Origin: Histomonas meleagridis 2922-C6/04-290x
Taxonomy: Eukaryota; Protista; Parabasalia
Direction of reading: 5' to 3'
Assembly (NCBI GenBank): GCA_020184695.1
Contig: JAANOX010000149.1
Location: 205,958-269,957, forward strand
DNA length: 64,000 nucleotides
The notes below the pieces were generated by a model that saw only the letters and a program-made list of their open reading frames with translations, made no database searches and was not told the DNA's origin. Positions 11,385 to 22,800 of this stretch are shown in pieces. The position numbers were made by a program, and so were the translations under genes. Position 1 is the first letter of the stretch; each line of letters begins with the position of its first letter.

Positions 11385-12367
11385 TTATATCAGATACTCA
11401 AATTCGTTATCATCACGTGGAACAACAGGATTCTCTTCGAGTAAACCAGGAATTGACCATGCAGATTCAAGCGCTTCTTTGGTAATTGAATTCCATGCAA
11501 TGAGTAGACATTTTAATGCTACAGACCACCTATTTTTCGCACATTCATTATTTCTTTTCCCGAGATCTTTTCTTAACCTTGATTTTACGATCCCAAATAT
11601 TCGCCTATCGAGGGGTTGATATTTTCCTGTTCCATTTGCTGGAACTTGGATAATAGTGATTCCCAAATCCCGAGCAATTGGAGTACGTTTCCTGTGATAT
11701 GTGCTCTAAATGAATCTAGAACAAGAACACAAGGATGAATTTCATGGAGAGAGTAAAGATATCTCTTCATAACATCTTCATCAGTCCATCCATAATCAGA
11801 ACGCCAAACATAGTGTTCAATGATGTTATTTTCTTTGAGCTTAAACTTCTTAGTACATTTCTCTGTCTTGCCTTTTGCATATATTATTGGTGGATATAGC
11901 TTGTTTCTCGTACATGTCATGATAGCAGTGAAATTTTCTTTTGAATTTAGATTCGTATCAACATGAACTGAATCAGAACCAACAACTCCAATGATCTTGT
12001 CAGGATAATATGCAATCCTAACTGATGTATCATCCATGTTGAATACATTATCTGAACCATATTGTTCTATTGCATCACTAAGCGTCTTCAAAAAATGATC
12101 AACTTCTTCTACCTTTAATTGTCCTCTCCGAGAAACATGTGGTTTCCTCAAGGAGAAATTGTTTCTTTTCATAAATTCTTCTACAAAGTGCCTTGATGCA
12201 ATAAAATTTGGCATATCTACCTCTTCCGATAAGAGTTGTGGCTCATTATTAGCGAGATCAAAAGTATAATTATATAAATCCAAAAATTCATTGGTTTTAT
12301 GTCCATCATTGTTATACATTTGAATTCCATCTCTTATAGCTATAAGTTCAGCAGCCCTTTTTGTCAT
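11385..12367 (-). pseudogene. pogo/Tigger-like DDE_1 transposase with one frameshift near 11680
   Basis: Tc5/CENP-B HTH FIASRHFVEEFMKRNNFSLRKP, VFNMDDT, GWTDEDVM, LVLDSFRAH, then (shifted frame) VPANGTGKYQPLDRRIFGIVKS. Confidence 0.8.
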
Positions 12368-12549
12368 TACATGTGGATCATAATAGCAATCGTGTAGAAT
12401 TTTTTGACATTATCTAATTGAAATACCCTCACCATTTTCGATTTTTTTTTTTGTATTTTTTTTGAGATTACTTCTTCTTGGTGCTTTTAAAAAGGCACGC
12501 CTGAATTCATGCGACACCATTATATCTGTTCTTTCTGACAATTTTGGTA

Positions 12550-12996
12550 CTAAATTCTTTCTAAAGAGAATACATTGTATTTGTTATAACATTGATAACC
12601 AACTCTGTATGGAACTCGAATAAAAAATATGCCCCATGATCCATCATCACTCAAACTTTTATCCCCAATAGCTTTGTTAATTAATTTTATAAATAATTTT
12701 TCTTCTTCTGGTGTCCATTTGCCATATTTAATTGATTGTCCTGGTCCTTTATGGCGATAATAATAACAATTCATATTTATATTATGTATGTCTTCATTTT
12801 GTATCCAGAAATCAATCGGCTCTTGGACCAGTTTTGCGGTAGCATATAGATAGGCATTCTTTATATCTTTAATTTCAAAATGCTTAAATACTGGTGAATG
12901 CCATTCTAGCCGATTTTTTATTGTTTCCCAAATGGCTTTCGAATCTTCCTGCTTTTTTTTGCATATTATTCGAATTTGTTCTTCGGTCAGAAACAT
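12550..12996 (-). CDS. Myb/SANT-like DNA-binding domain ORF directly upstream of, and co-oriented with, the DDE_1 transposase
   Basis: KYGKWTPEEEKLF...SWGIFFIRVPYRVGYQCYNKY Myb-type motif; ATG at 12996. May be the frameshifted N-terminus of the transposase. Confidence 0.6.
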   Translation of the reverse strand: MFLTEEQIRIICKKKQEDSKAIWETIKNRLEWHSPVFKHFEIKDIKNAYLYATAKLVQEPIDFWIQNEDIHNINMNCYYYRHKGPGQSIKYGKWTPEEEKLFIKLINKAIGDKSLSDDGSWGIFFIRVPYRVGYQCYNKYNVFSLERI

Positions 12997-13169
12997 AATT
13001 TCCAAGTAAACTTTTTCTAATATCACAAATTTAAATTTATATTTGAATCAAAAATACGAAAATATGAAATTAAATAAATTTAATATTTATTATTCAAATT
13101 ACGCATAAAATTTTCCTGAATTTGTTTATTGAAAAAAGAAATTCATTTTTTGGCTTTTATTGATTCATT

Positions 13170-14065
13170 TTTCTTCTTCTTCTTTCTTTCCCATCTTTTT
13201 CTGTCTTTTCCTTTTTGTTTCCTTCTTTATTTTTCCATCTTGTCCTTCTTGTTTCCTTCTTTCTTTTCCTTCTTCTCTCTTTGCCATCTTTTCCTTATTG
13301 TTTTCTTCTTCTTTCTTCTTCTTTCTTCTTCCATCTTTTCCTTCTTGTTTTCTTTTTCTTCTTCCGTCTTTTTGTTCTTGTTTTCTCATTTTTTTTCTTC
13401 TCTCTTTCCCATCTTTCCCATCTTTTCCTTATTGTTTCCTTCTTCTTCTTTCTTCTTCCTTCTTTTCCTTCTTGTTTTCTTCTTTTCTTTTGTTTTTCTT
13501 TTTCTTCTATCTTTCCCATCTTTTCCTTCTTGTTTTCTTCTTTTTTTTCTTCATCTTCATGTTTTTCTTTTTCTTCTGCCATCTTTCCCTTATTTTCCTT
13601 GCTTTTTCTTCTCGCTTTTTCTTCTTCCTTTTTTCTTCTCTCTTTTCCTTCGTTTTCTTCTTCTTCCATCTTTCCCTTCTTTTTTTCTTCTCTCTTTTCC
13701 TTCTTTTTTCTTCTCTCTTTTCCTTCTTTTTCTTCTTCTTCCATCTTTCCCTTCTTTTTTTCTTCTCTCTTTTCCTTCGTTTTCTTCTTCTTCCACCTTT
13801 CCCTTCTTGTTTTCTTCTTTTTTCTTCATCTTCCCGCTTTTCCTTTTCTTTTACCGTCTTTTCCCTCTTTTCCTTCTGGTTTTCCTATTTTCTTCTTCCG
13901 TCTTTCCCGTCTTCCCTTCTTGTTTTCTTCTCTCTTTTCCTTCTTCTTCTGTCTTTCCCATCTTTTCCTTCTTGTTTTCTTCTTTCTTTTTCTTCATCTT
14001 TCGACTTTTCCTTCTTCTTTTGCTTCTTCGTCTTCTTCCTTTTTCTTCTTCTTCTTGATCATCTT
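13170..14065. repeat. About 0.9-kb polypyrimidine/polypurine degenerate minisatellite (CTT/TTC-rich on +)
   Basis: Recurrent cores CCTTCTTGTTTTCT and CCATCTTTTCC with variable spacing. The + strand is stop-free in all three frames. The minus strand gives broken K/E/R-rich frames in which the same core is read in different frames. Confidence 0.85.
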
Positions 14066-14069
14066 TTTT

Positions 14070-14140
14070 ATTCATTTATTGAAGATGCTCACGGTGCTGC
14101 AGTCACCCACGGGTTCCGCTCGGAACTTCAATAAATGAAT
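14070..14140. other. 71-nt hairpin: perfect 15-bp inverted repeat around a GC-rich 41-nt core
   Basis: ATTCATTTATTGAAG (14070-14084) / CTTCAATAAATGAAT (14126-14140). Loop is 26/41 G+C and contains sub-hairpins GGTG..CACC and GTTCCG-CT-CGGAAC. Confidence 0.7.
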
Positions 14141-14559
14141 GTGAAATTCAAAATTCTTCTGGCAAATTGACTACAAGATTGTCAATTTGTCAATAAAATT
14201 TTGACATTGAACTTTATTTAATTCTAATCGGAGCAAAATGACAAAAAAATTCTCAAAACCTAAAATATTTTTTTCATTCAAAAAAGAAAGGGATCAAAAC
14301 GTCACCATTTTCCATTGAAAATTGAATGGCTATTCAAATTGCGCAAACTTGGAATTCTTAAGATTTTTCGAGGCATTTCATTGTTATATATACAACAATA
14401 TTTAAAGGTATTTTGAAACCGTAGAAAATAGGGCTACCTGATCTTAGGGCTCACTTTTGAAAGTGCCTTATCGTATCGGTTTATTGCAGCAGGTACCTGC
14501 TTTTTCATATCACAATTTCCTGTTTTATTTTTTGACTCAAAATAATCAATCATATAAGT

Positions 14560-14790
14560 ATTTTTTAATATTTGTCAACAAAATGATTTTTTATTCCATT
14601 ATACTTTTTTGCATTTTCTGAGCAAGTTGCCATACGTATTTCTTTTCAAGAATTGATCTGAGCAAACTAAATCCACGTTCTATGCATCCAAAAGATGGAT
14701 AAGGTACCCAAATAACATATAGCTTTATTTTATGAAGAAAATATGTCTTGTTGTGTCAAGGCTCAGTTAAAAAGTTCATGGCGGTTAACC
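14560..14790 (-). pseudogene. Remnant of a second hAT transposase C-terminal dimerisation domain
   Basis: Manual translation EP*HNKTYFLHKIKLYVIWVPYPSFGCIERGFSLLRSILEK resembles the hAT W...L...P.S...ERxFS motif. TAGGGCT occurs twice near 14430-14450 and may be its terminal repeat. Confidence 0.45.
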
Positions 14791-15087
14791 CATTTTATCA
14801 CGTACTTGCTCAAAGACGTTCGAAAAAATTGTTACCCAATACATTTTTCATCTTTATTTTTAGAGGCATAAGTTATTTTTAAGAATTTTTTATTTATTAA
14901 ACAAAAAACTTTTGAATCAAAACATTACCTTCTAAACATCAATGAATTTGTGTGAAAATGTATTTTTTAATTTTCATTGAGGCTGATTTTTTGGAAATTG
15001 ATAACGGAAAAATAAATGTGATCATTTTCCTCTTAAAAAGGCGGTTTCTACGGGAACAGGGCTGGCTGTCTCAAAAGGAAAAAATAA

Positions 15088-18000
15088 ATGTCAGCAAATA
15101 TTCCAACTCATATCCCTAGGAAGAGTCGGGGAAAACACAGATTTAATTCCTCTGATGATGAAATTTTTGATTACTCTTTTGATGATACAACTGATTCGAG
15201 CGAAAGAGAAGATTCAACAGGTTCAAATGAGGGCAATCAAAAGGAAAGCGCAAGCCAAAAGTTATTTATGTTTGAAAAACAAGCATTGATGGATTTTGAA
15301 AATCATTTTTATGTTGAAAAGGTTATTGGTGTCAAAGAAGAAACATCTGAGTCAGATGATCCTCAATATTATGTTAAGTGGCTTGGGAAAAGTTACATTC
15401 ATTGTTCATGGGTACCACGAAGTGAATTAGTCAACTTGGAGAACGGTGAAGCCTCTCTCAAGAAATTTCTCAAAAAATCCAACAACGGCACTCTTAATAA
15501 CTCGCTTTCCATTCCCTCACTCGTCACATTTAATGATGAAATAAATGCCAATTGGTTTCAAGTTGATCGCATCATTGAACAATCCGAGGACCGATACCTT
15601 ACCAAATGGAACACTATGCCATATGATCAATGCACTTGGGAACTTGAAAGTGACATTCCAGATAAGTCAGCTATTGATTCCTTTCATCAGCGCCAACAAC
15701 ATTTCAACCCGACCAAAATTGGTTCTAATCCACGACATGTTAATCCCCAAAGTTTTGTTCCAATCGAAAGTACAATTTCTGATAAGAACGGAAACACATT
15801 ACGAGATTATCAAGTCAATGGGTTTAACTGGCTACGATATTGTTGGTATAATTCATGTAACTCCATCCTCGCCGATGAAATGGGATTAGGGAAAACCGTC
15901 CAAGTTGTATCGGCTTTAACTGACATTTCACGTAACCACGGAATTAACGGTCCCTTTTTAGTTATTGCTCCATTATCCACTTTACCACATTGGAAGAAAG
16001 AATTTGAGTCCTGGTCTACACTTAATTGTGTTATATTTCATGGGTCACCAACTTCCAAAGAAATCATCAAACGATATGAGATTAATGTTTATGATGCCAA
16101 TGGAAATGTTGATCCAACGCGAGTTAGATTTGATGTATTAATAACGAATTATGAAACATTAATGAGTGATTATGAAGTCTTTAATTGTATTGAATGGAGA
16201 TATTTAGTCTTAGATGAAGGACATCGATTAAAGAATCATAATGGGAAATGTTATCGAATGTTAGAACAGATCAAATTTGAACATTGTACATTATTAACAG
16301 GTACACCTATACAAAATAATGTCGAAGAGTTATGGTCATTATTACATTTTTTACATCCGAATATCTTTAATAACTTACCAATGTTTTTAGAGAAGTTTGG
16401 GAAAATGGATAATGAAAAGTTACATCAATTACAAGATTTAATCAAAAAGTTTTTATTACGAAGAAAGAAATCAGATGTCGATAAAACTATTGCAGCTAAA
16501 GAAGAAACTATAATTGAAGTCGAATTAACACGAACACAAAAGACTTATTATCGAGCATTTTTACATGAAAATGCATCAACATTATTACAACAAATTACAG
16601 GTGGTGCATTACCATCATTATTAAACTTAATGATGCAATTAAGGAAAGTATGTAATCATCCATTTTTATTAAAAGGAGCGGAAGAACATATTGAAGAAGA
16701 AACAGCCAAAAAGATGAACAAACCGATTAATGATTATGAAGTTCTATTACATTCTATAGTTGATTCAAGTGGTAAATTAATATTAATACATAAATTATTA
16801 CCAAAGTTAAGAGAAGGTAATCATAAAGTATTAATATTTTCACAAATGGTAAAAGTATTAGATATATTAGAAGATTATCTTGATTTAATTGGTTATAAAC
16901 ATGAAAGAATTGATGGATCAGTACCAGAGAATGAACGACAATTAGCAATAGATCGATTTGCTAATGATCCAGATGCATTTATCTTTTTGTTATGTACCAA
17001 AGCAGGTGGTATGGGTATTAATTTAACTGCTGCTGATACTGTAATCATTTATGATAGTGATTGGAACCCTCAAAATGATTTACAAGCTGAATCAAGATGT
17101 CATCGAATTGGTCAAAAATCAAAAGTTAAAGTTTATCGTTTAGTTACTAGAGGTACATATGAATTAGAAATGTTAGATAGGGCGTCAAAGAAATTAGGTT
17201 TAGATCATGCATTACTTGATGGAGGAGATATTAGTTCAAGTCAAAAGCCTTTAGCTGCGCAAGAAGTTGAGAAATTACTTCGAAGAGGTGTATATGATTT
17301 AGCTAATGAAGATGAAACAGAAATAGATAACTTTTGTTCAGAAGATATCGATCAAATATTAGAAAGAAGATCAAAATCTTTGATACATAATGAGATTACT
17401 GGTGATTCGATATTTAATAAGGCAACTTTTAATGCTGAAAATGATGAATTAGATTTAAACGCAAAAGATTTTTGGTCAAAAGCTTTACCACAATTACGTT
17501 TTTCTTCAGAAGAATTATTACCTGAAAGAAGATGTAAACAACAAAAAATGAAATTCTCAGATTATTCTGATGATGAAATTATCGAAAAGAAACATAAAAG
17601 GAAAATTAGTACATATAATCAACCAACTCCACGAGCTATATATCTAAAGTTAATGCATCATGGATATAGTGGTAATAACTTTGAGAAAATGTTCATTTTA
17701 AAGATAGTACAAAAAGAAAATTTAACTCCTGAACAAGAGGCATTAATATTAAAAATATTAAATGTCGATTCATTAGATTTTACAAGTGAAGAAATAGAAA
17801 ACGCTGAAAAGAAGTTGTCTTCACCAATGAGTGAATTTAATGAAAAATGTGATACTTTAATTAATCGAATTATATTCTTTTATAACTTAAAACCTGTTTT
17901 AGGTTATATACAAAATGATTTATATGGTTGGCCAATGGGGACTTCTTTGGATCCTATGATCGATTATGCAATTTTATATGGTATTAACTTAAATGGAATT

Positions 18001-19485
18001 GGAAAAATTTCAAAAGTTTTACAAAATATTGAACTTGATAGAATGCCTAGAAATCTTTCGGATAAAGCTGTGGCGAAAATTGCATATTCTTTAGTGGAAT
18101 CTTTTCAAAATGAATTGTTGGATTTCGATACAAAAACATTACCAACAACTTTCATGAGACCGAAAGAATGGAAAGAAAAACATTTAAATTTGTTTAATAG
18201 AATGACAATGACAAACGATGAATTTATGTCACTTTTTAATACATTAACGTATTTGGGGTATCCTAAAATATGTAAAAGACCAAGTCTTTTTATAGAACAA
18301 CAATTTAAAATAGTTGAAGATGTTGATCAAGGTGATGAAAATAATGGTCAAACTGATGGAGAAAATGTTGAACAACAGAAACCTATTATTGAAAATCAAC
18401 AACCTAATAATGATGAACAAGAACAAGAAGAAAATCCAGAAGAAGAAGAAACTGATTTCCAAAAGATTCAAGAACTTTCTGGTTTGACTTGTATAGAATA
18501 TAATACATTTAAAGATAATTGTGAATTATTATATTCATTTTATAAGAAAACTTTATCACAAAAAGAAGAAGATTCAGTGGTTGATCGCTTAGGCTCTTAT
18601 GGTAACAAAGTTTGGATATCAAGATTTAGAAGAAACAATAGTGATTTAGAACGAATCCGATTTTTCGTTAACCACACAACACCAGACGAAGTTGAAATAC
18701 TGAAAAGTATTCGAGTTTGGGATATAGGACCTAAGTGGTGGGGACCAAATTATGACGCTGCATTACTTGTAGCTATTAATGATTATGGGATCCTGTTAAC
18801 ATCTGTTTGGTTATTTGATCCTGATCGACCATTTAGACAACGTATTCCAGAAAATTTAATTGATGATTTCCAAAAAGCAGTTGAAGCAGAAAATGAAAGA
18901 CTCCATTCACAAAAGCCCAAGAACCCTGGTGACTTTATGTTTATTTATAATGAAAAAGCTAGGATATCAAGGGCATTAATGTTGATGCAATTTGTTCAAA
19001 CTAAATTACATAAGCAACTTAAGTTCATGCTAGATAATGATTCAAGTCAAAGTCAAGGTGAGATTGAAATCTCTGAATTACCTGCTACACCATTATATTT
19101 CGGTAATAGTTTTTATATCCAAGACTTTGGTACTTTCATATCTAAATCTTCTCAATATCCTGTTGGTTATATTTGTAGAAGATTATACTTTTCCATTAAA
19201 GATCCTTCTGAGAAGTCTTGGTATGAAGCATCAACAGCCATTAACGATAAGGGTAAATTTACCTTTATCGTCAAACACCTGTCAGAACCGAAAGTGGAAT
19301 TTGTGAGCTTTACATCATCGGGCGTATGGGAACAATTAATTCAAGAAGTTCAAGCAGTAAGAGGTAAATTGGGACTTCCAAAAAGAAAGCATACAACAGT
19401 GTCAGGGCCTTCAATGTATGGTTTCTCTAATCCAAAGGTTGTGGAAATATTTAGATATATGAAGGCAAATTGCGAAGATGATTAA
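15088..19485 (+). CDS. CHD-family SNF2 chromatin remodeller (tandem chromodomains, ATPase/helicase, C-terminal FYRN/FYRC-like region)
   Basis: YYVKWLGKSYIHCSW and YLTKWNTMPYDQCTWE chromodomains; ILADEMGLGKT, LVLDEGHRLKN, LRKVCNHPFL, DSDWNPQNDLQAESRCHRIGQ. C-terminal YPVGY...SGPSMYGFS resembles FYRN/FYRC. Confidence 0.92.
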   Translation: MSANIPTHIPRKSRGKHRFNSSDDEIFDYSFDDTTDSSEREDSTGSNEGNQKESASQKLFMFEKQALMDFENHFYVEKVIGVKEETSESDDPQYYVKWLGKSYIHCSWVPRSELVNLENGEASLKKFLKKSNNGTLNNSLSIPSLVTFNDEINANWFQVDRIIEQSEDRYLTKWNTMPYDQCTWELESDIPDKSAIDSFHQRQQHFNPTKIGSNPRHVNPQSFVPIESTISDKNGNTLRDYQVNGFNWLRYCWYNSCNSILADEMGLGKTVQVVSALTDISRNHGINGPFLVIAPLSTLPHWKKEFESWSTLNCVIFHGSPTSKEIIKRYEINVYDANGNVDPTRVRFDVLITNYETLMSDYEVFNCIEWRYLVLDEGHRLKNHNGKCYRMLEQIKFEHCTLLTGTPIQNNVEELWSLLHFLHPNIFNNLPMFLEKFGKMDNEKLHQLQDLIKKFLLRRKKSDVDKTIAAKEETIIEVELTRTQKTYYRAFLHENASTLLQQITGGALPSLLNLMMQLRKVCNHPFLLKGAEEHIEEETAKKMNKPINDYEVLLHSIVDSSGKLILIHKLLPKLREGNHKVLIFSQMVKVLDILEDYLDLIGYKHERIDGSVPENERQLAIDRFANDPDAFIFLLCTKAGGMGINLTAADTVIIYDSDWNPQNDLQAESRCHRIGQKSKVKVYRLVTRGTYELEMLDRASKKLGLDHALLDGGDISSSQKPLAAQEVEKLLRRGVYDLANEDETEIDNFCSEDIDQILERRSKSLIHNEITGDSIFNKATFNAENDELDLNAKDFWSKALPQLRFSSEELLPERRCKQQKMKFSDYSDDEIIEKKHKRKISTYNQPTPRAIYLKLMHHGYSGNNFEKMFILKIVQKENLTPEQEALILKILNVDSLDFTSEEIENAEKKLSSPMSEFNEKCDTLINRIIFFYNLKPVLGYIQNDLYGWPMGTSLDPMIDYAILYGINLNGIGKISKVLQNIELDRMPRNLSDKAVAKIAYSLVESFQNELLDFDTKTLPTTFMRPKEWKEKHLNLFNRMTMTNDEFMSLFNTLTYLGYPKICKRPSLFIEQQFKIVEDVDQGDENNGQTDGENVEQQKPIIENQQPNNDEQEQEENPEEEETDFQKIQELSGLTCIEYNTFKDNCELLYSFYKKTLSQKEEDSVVDRLGSYGNKVWISRFRRNNSDLERIRFFVNHTTPDEVEILKSIRVWDIGPKWWGPNYDAALLVAINDYGILLTSVWLFDPDRPFRQRIPENLIDDFQKAVEAENERLHSQKPKNPGDFMFIYNEKARISRALMLMQFVQTKLHKQLKFMLDNDSSQSQGEIEISELPATPLYFGNSFYIQDFGTFISKSSQYPVGYICRRLYFSIKDPSEKSWYEASTAINDKGKFTFIVKHLSEPKVEFVSFTSSGVWEQLIQEVQAVRGKLGLPKRKHTTVSGPSMYGFSNPKVVEIFRYMKANCEDD

Positions 19486-19857
19486 TCATATATTTTATTA
19501 TGAATCAAATATATATAAATTTGTAAAATAAATAATTCAAAACTTTTATTTTATTTTATTTAATATGATATTTTAGAAAGGTAAATTGGGACAACCGATA
19601 GATAAATTCAAAAATCAGGAAACTGTTATTCCACAGAAAAAAATCATCGTCTTTTGTTAATGTTTGAAGATATTTTTAAACTGCATTAATTAAAATAAAG
19701 AAAATTATACTCTCATCTAAATATATGCAGGATTTAATTTCATTGGATTTTTATTGCAATATTTACGAAACATCATTTAATCTTTTAATTATTTTCAAGA
19801 ATTAATGCATAATGTTTGTTAAGATGTGTTTATATAAAGCATGCAAACAATCGCCAT

Positions 19858-22800
19858 TCAAATGAGCGGCAAGTTCATTTCGCTGGCACCACTTTCGCTT
19901 GACAGCATCATATCATCTTTTCTTTTTCTCGAAAATAATCTTTTCAAGCACGCGCATCTTTTCTCTTTTCTTTCTCTCTTATGTCTTAACATGAGTGCGT
20001 CGAAGTCAATATCATTAAAACTATTATTTATTACATTTGTTTTAATGTTATAAGGCACAGAAGGCCATTCCTTAACAAATGCCGCCTCGAGTAAACCTTT
20101 AAGTTTTGCGCAGCTCAAGTTAAATTGCGGGTTTTCCGTTTCCGCCGAAAGATAATTTTTAATTTCAGTGATTGTAATTTCGATGGTTTCATTTGCGTCT
20201 TTATTCTTCTTAAATACTTCAATAGATTCTTGAATAACAGTTTCGAATATCGCAGTAATACGTTTTGCAACGCTATAAATGTTATCGAACCATTCCTTAA
20301 CAAATGATCCGACAATACCTAAAACACCTGAACCAGCTATAGCAGTTGCAAGTGTAATAATCATTTCGACTGCTGTCGATAGTTCACAACTTTCGGCAAG
20401 AATTGAACTACTTTCTTGAACGAAACCAAAACCAGTCGAATCATAACATCGATTATCATCAGTTGTATTCCCTTTACAAGTTGGTGGAACATTTGATAAA
20501 CATTTTATTTTTAAGTTACCGAATGCTTTATCACCAATTGTTATAGTTTCACTTTTAGCAGATGTTTTATCGAAATATATTTTAGTAAATCCTTTACATT
20601 GTAAAAATGCATTTCTTCCAATATATGAAATGTTTTTAGGGAATTCTAAAACTTGCGTAAAACCTGTGCAATAAGCAAATGCTGAATTACCAATATATAC
20701 TAATGATTGTGGTAACACTAATTTATTTTCCAAGCCTTTACATTCGAAAAATGCAAAATTCCCAATGGAAACTAATGTGTTTGGTAAGTTTAATGTACCT
20801 TTTAATGAAGTACAACTAAAGAATGCATTATTTCCTATTTCTTTAAGGACTTTTGTGGTGATTTCAAGTTGTCCATTAAATCCATTACATTCAGAAAACG
20901 CATAAGCGCCAATATATTCAACATTACTACCGATAATTAATGAGCCTGTAAATGATGAACATAATGCAAATGCATATTGATTAATAATAATAACATTATC
21001 TGGTATAATTAATGGACCTGCAAAATCACATTTCGTAAATGCATATGCGCCAATTTCTTTAAGTGAATCAGGTAATGATAATGTACCACATAATGATGTA
21101 CATCCTAAAAATGCATATGATGAAATAATTTCTAACTTATTACTATTCGAAAAATCTAAAATCCCATTTAGCCCAGTACAACCTGCAAATGCATTAGAGC
21201 CAATTGATATAAGTTCTGATGGCATAAATAATGAACCTGTCATTTTACTACAACCTGAAAATGATTCATTTCCAATGGTTATAAGTCGTTCTGGTAATCG
21301 CGATGTTATTTCAAATGTATCCATCTTCCAAAATGCTTCATCTTCGATAATTAATTTATTTCCTTTTAATTCTGGATCAAGAAATTCTAATGAATTAAAT
21401 TCAGGACATTTTTCAATAAAATGAGAACTGATTTTTGTTACAGTTGAACTAATTCGAATATATTTTAATGATGTTGATCCTTTAATAGAATATGAAGGTA
21501 TAATTGGTGACGTAAATGTAAAACTTTGATCACATGATTCTAAAAATGAATGTGATTCCATTGATAAAACATTCGTGCATTCAAACTCTAATAAAGGACA
21601 TTTATAAAATGCATATGATTGAATATTAATGATATACGAATTTTTATCATTTGTTATAGAATTAAGTGATGGACAATTATTAAATGAATATCCTTTAAAA
21701 GTGATATTTGAATTATAGAAATTGACAATTTTTAATGAATTAAAATCTACAAATGAATCTTCAAATGTATAAATTCCATCATTAAAAATAACTTCTACAA
21801 GTTGTGGTAAATTTCGTAATGATATATAAATTTCTTTATTAATTCCATAAAAATCAAATGTTGTTAAATTATTACAATTATATATAAAATTGTTTTCTAT
21901 TTTTGGCGTTTTAATTATTAATACTTCAAGAGCATTACAATTAGAAATTGCTTCTGTTTTAACATTACCATTTTCATTTTGATAAATTGTAATTTCTTCT
22001 AATGATGAACATTGATAAAATGAATGAAATTCAATTTCTTCATTCTCATATATAACAATACTTTTCAAACTTGAACAACCAGAAAATGCTTCACTTTGTA
22101 TTACTCGCGCATTTATTTTATCGAAATTCATTATAAGGTTTTTACATTGATAAAAACATTTTGTACAAAGTGTTACTGAAGAATCTAAATAAAATTCAAT
22201 ATTAGTGATGTTTGTATTTGCAAAACAATATTGGCCAATATAAGTTAAATTATTTGGGAAATTAATTTCGTTCTTTAAAGAAGTTCCTTCAAATGCATAT
22301 TCGCCTATAGAAAGTTGATTTGTTTCTTCATATAATAACGTCGATTGAAAATAAATCGCTGTAATTTTTGTTCCTTGGAAACAATTATTGCCTATCAAAG
22401 AGATTTTAGGAGGGAAATAAATTTCGCCACGTAAACTTGTTCCAAGAAATGCATCGCTTTCAATTGTTGTTAAATTTGATAAATCATGGAAATCGATTGA
22501 AGTTATTTTGGTATTTTGAAAAGCACTTGCGCCAATTACTTCAAGCGATTCAGGAAATTCTATTTGACCTGAAAGTTGTGTGCTCTCAAATGCATATTGT
22601 TGAATGGTTTTAAGTTTCGAATCATATCCAAAATCAATGAAAGTGAGGGCGGTATTAGAAAAACAATGATCACCAATTTCTATTAATGAAGAAGGAAACG
22701 AAATTTCTGTAATTTGTAGAAACTTAAATGCTGTTGATCCGATTATTTTTAGCTCCGAATCATAAGGAAATGATACAGAAGTAACGCCTGATGAAAGAAA

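Noticed and set aside
13129-14138. Three ~310-aa Phe/Ser/Leu-rich ORFs on the + strand
   Set aside because: Artefacts of a pyrimidine tract that cannot contain stop codons; open in all three frames.
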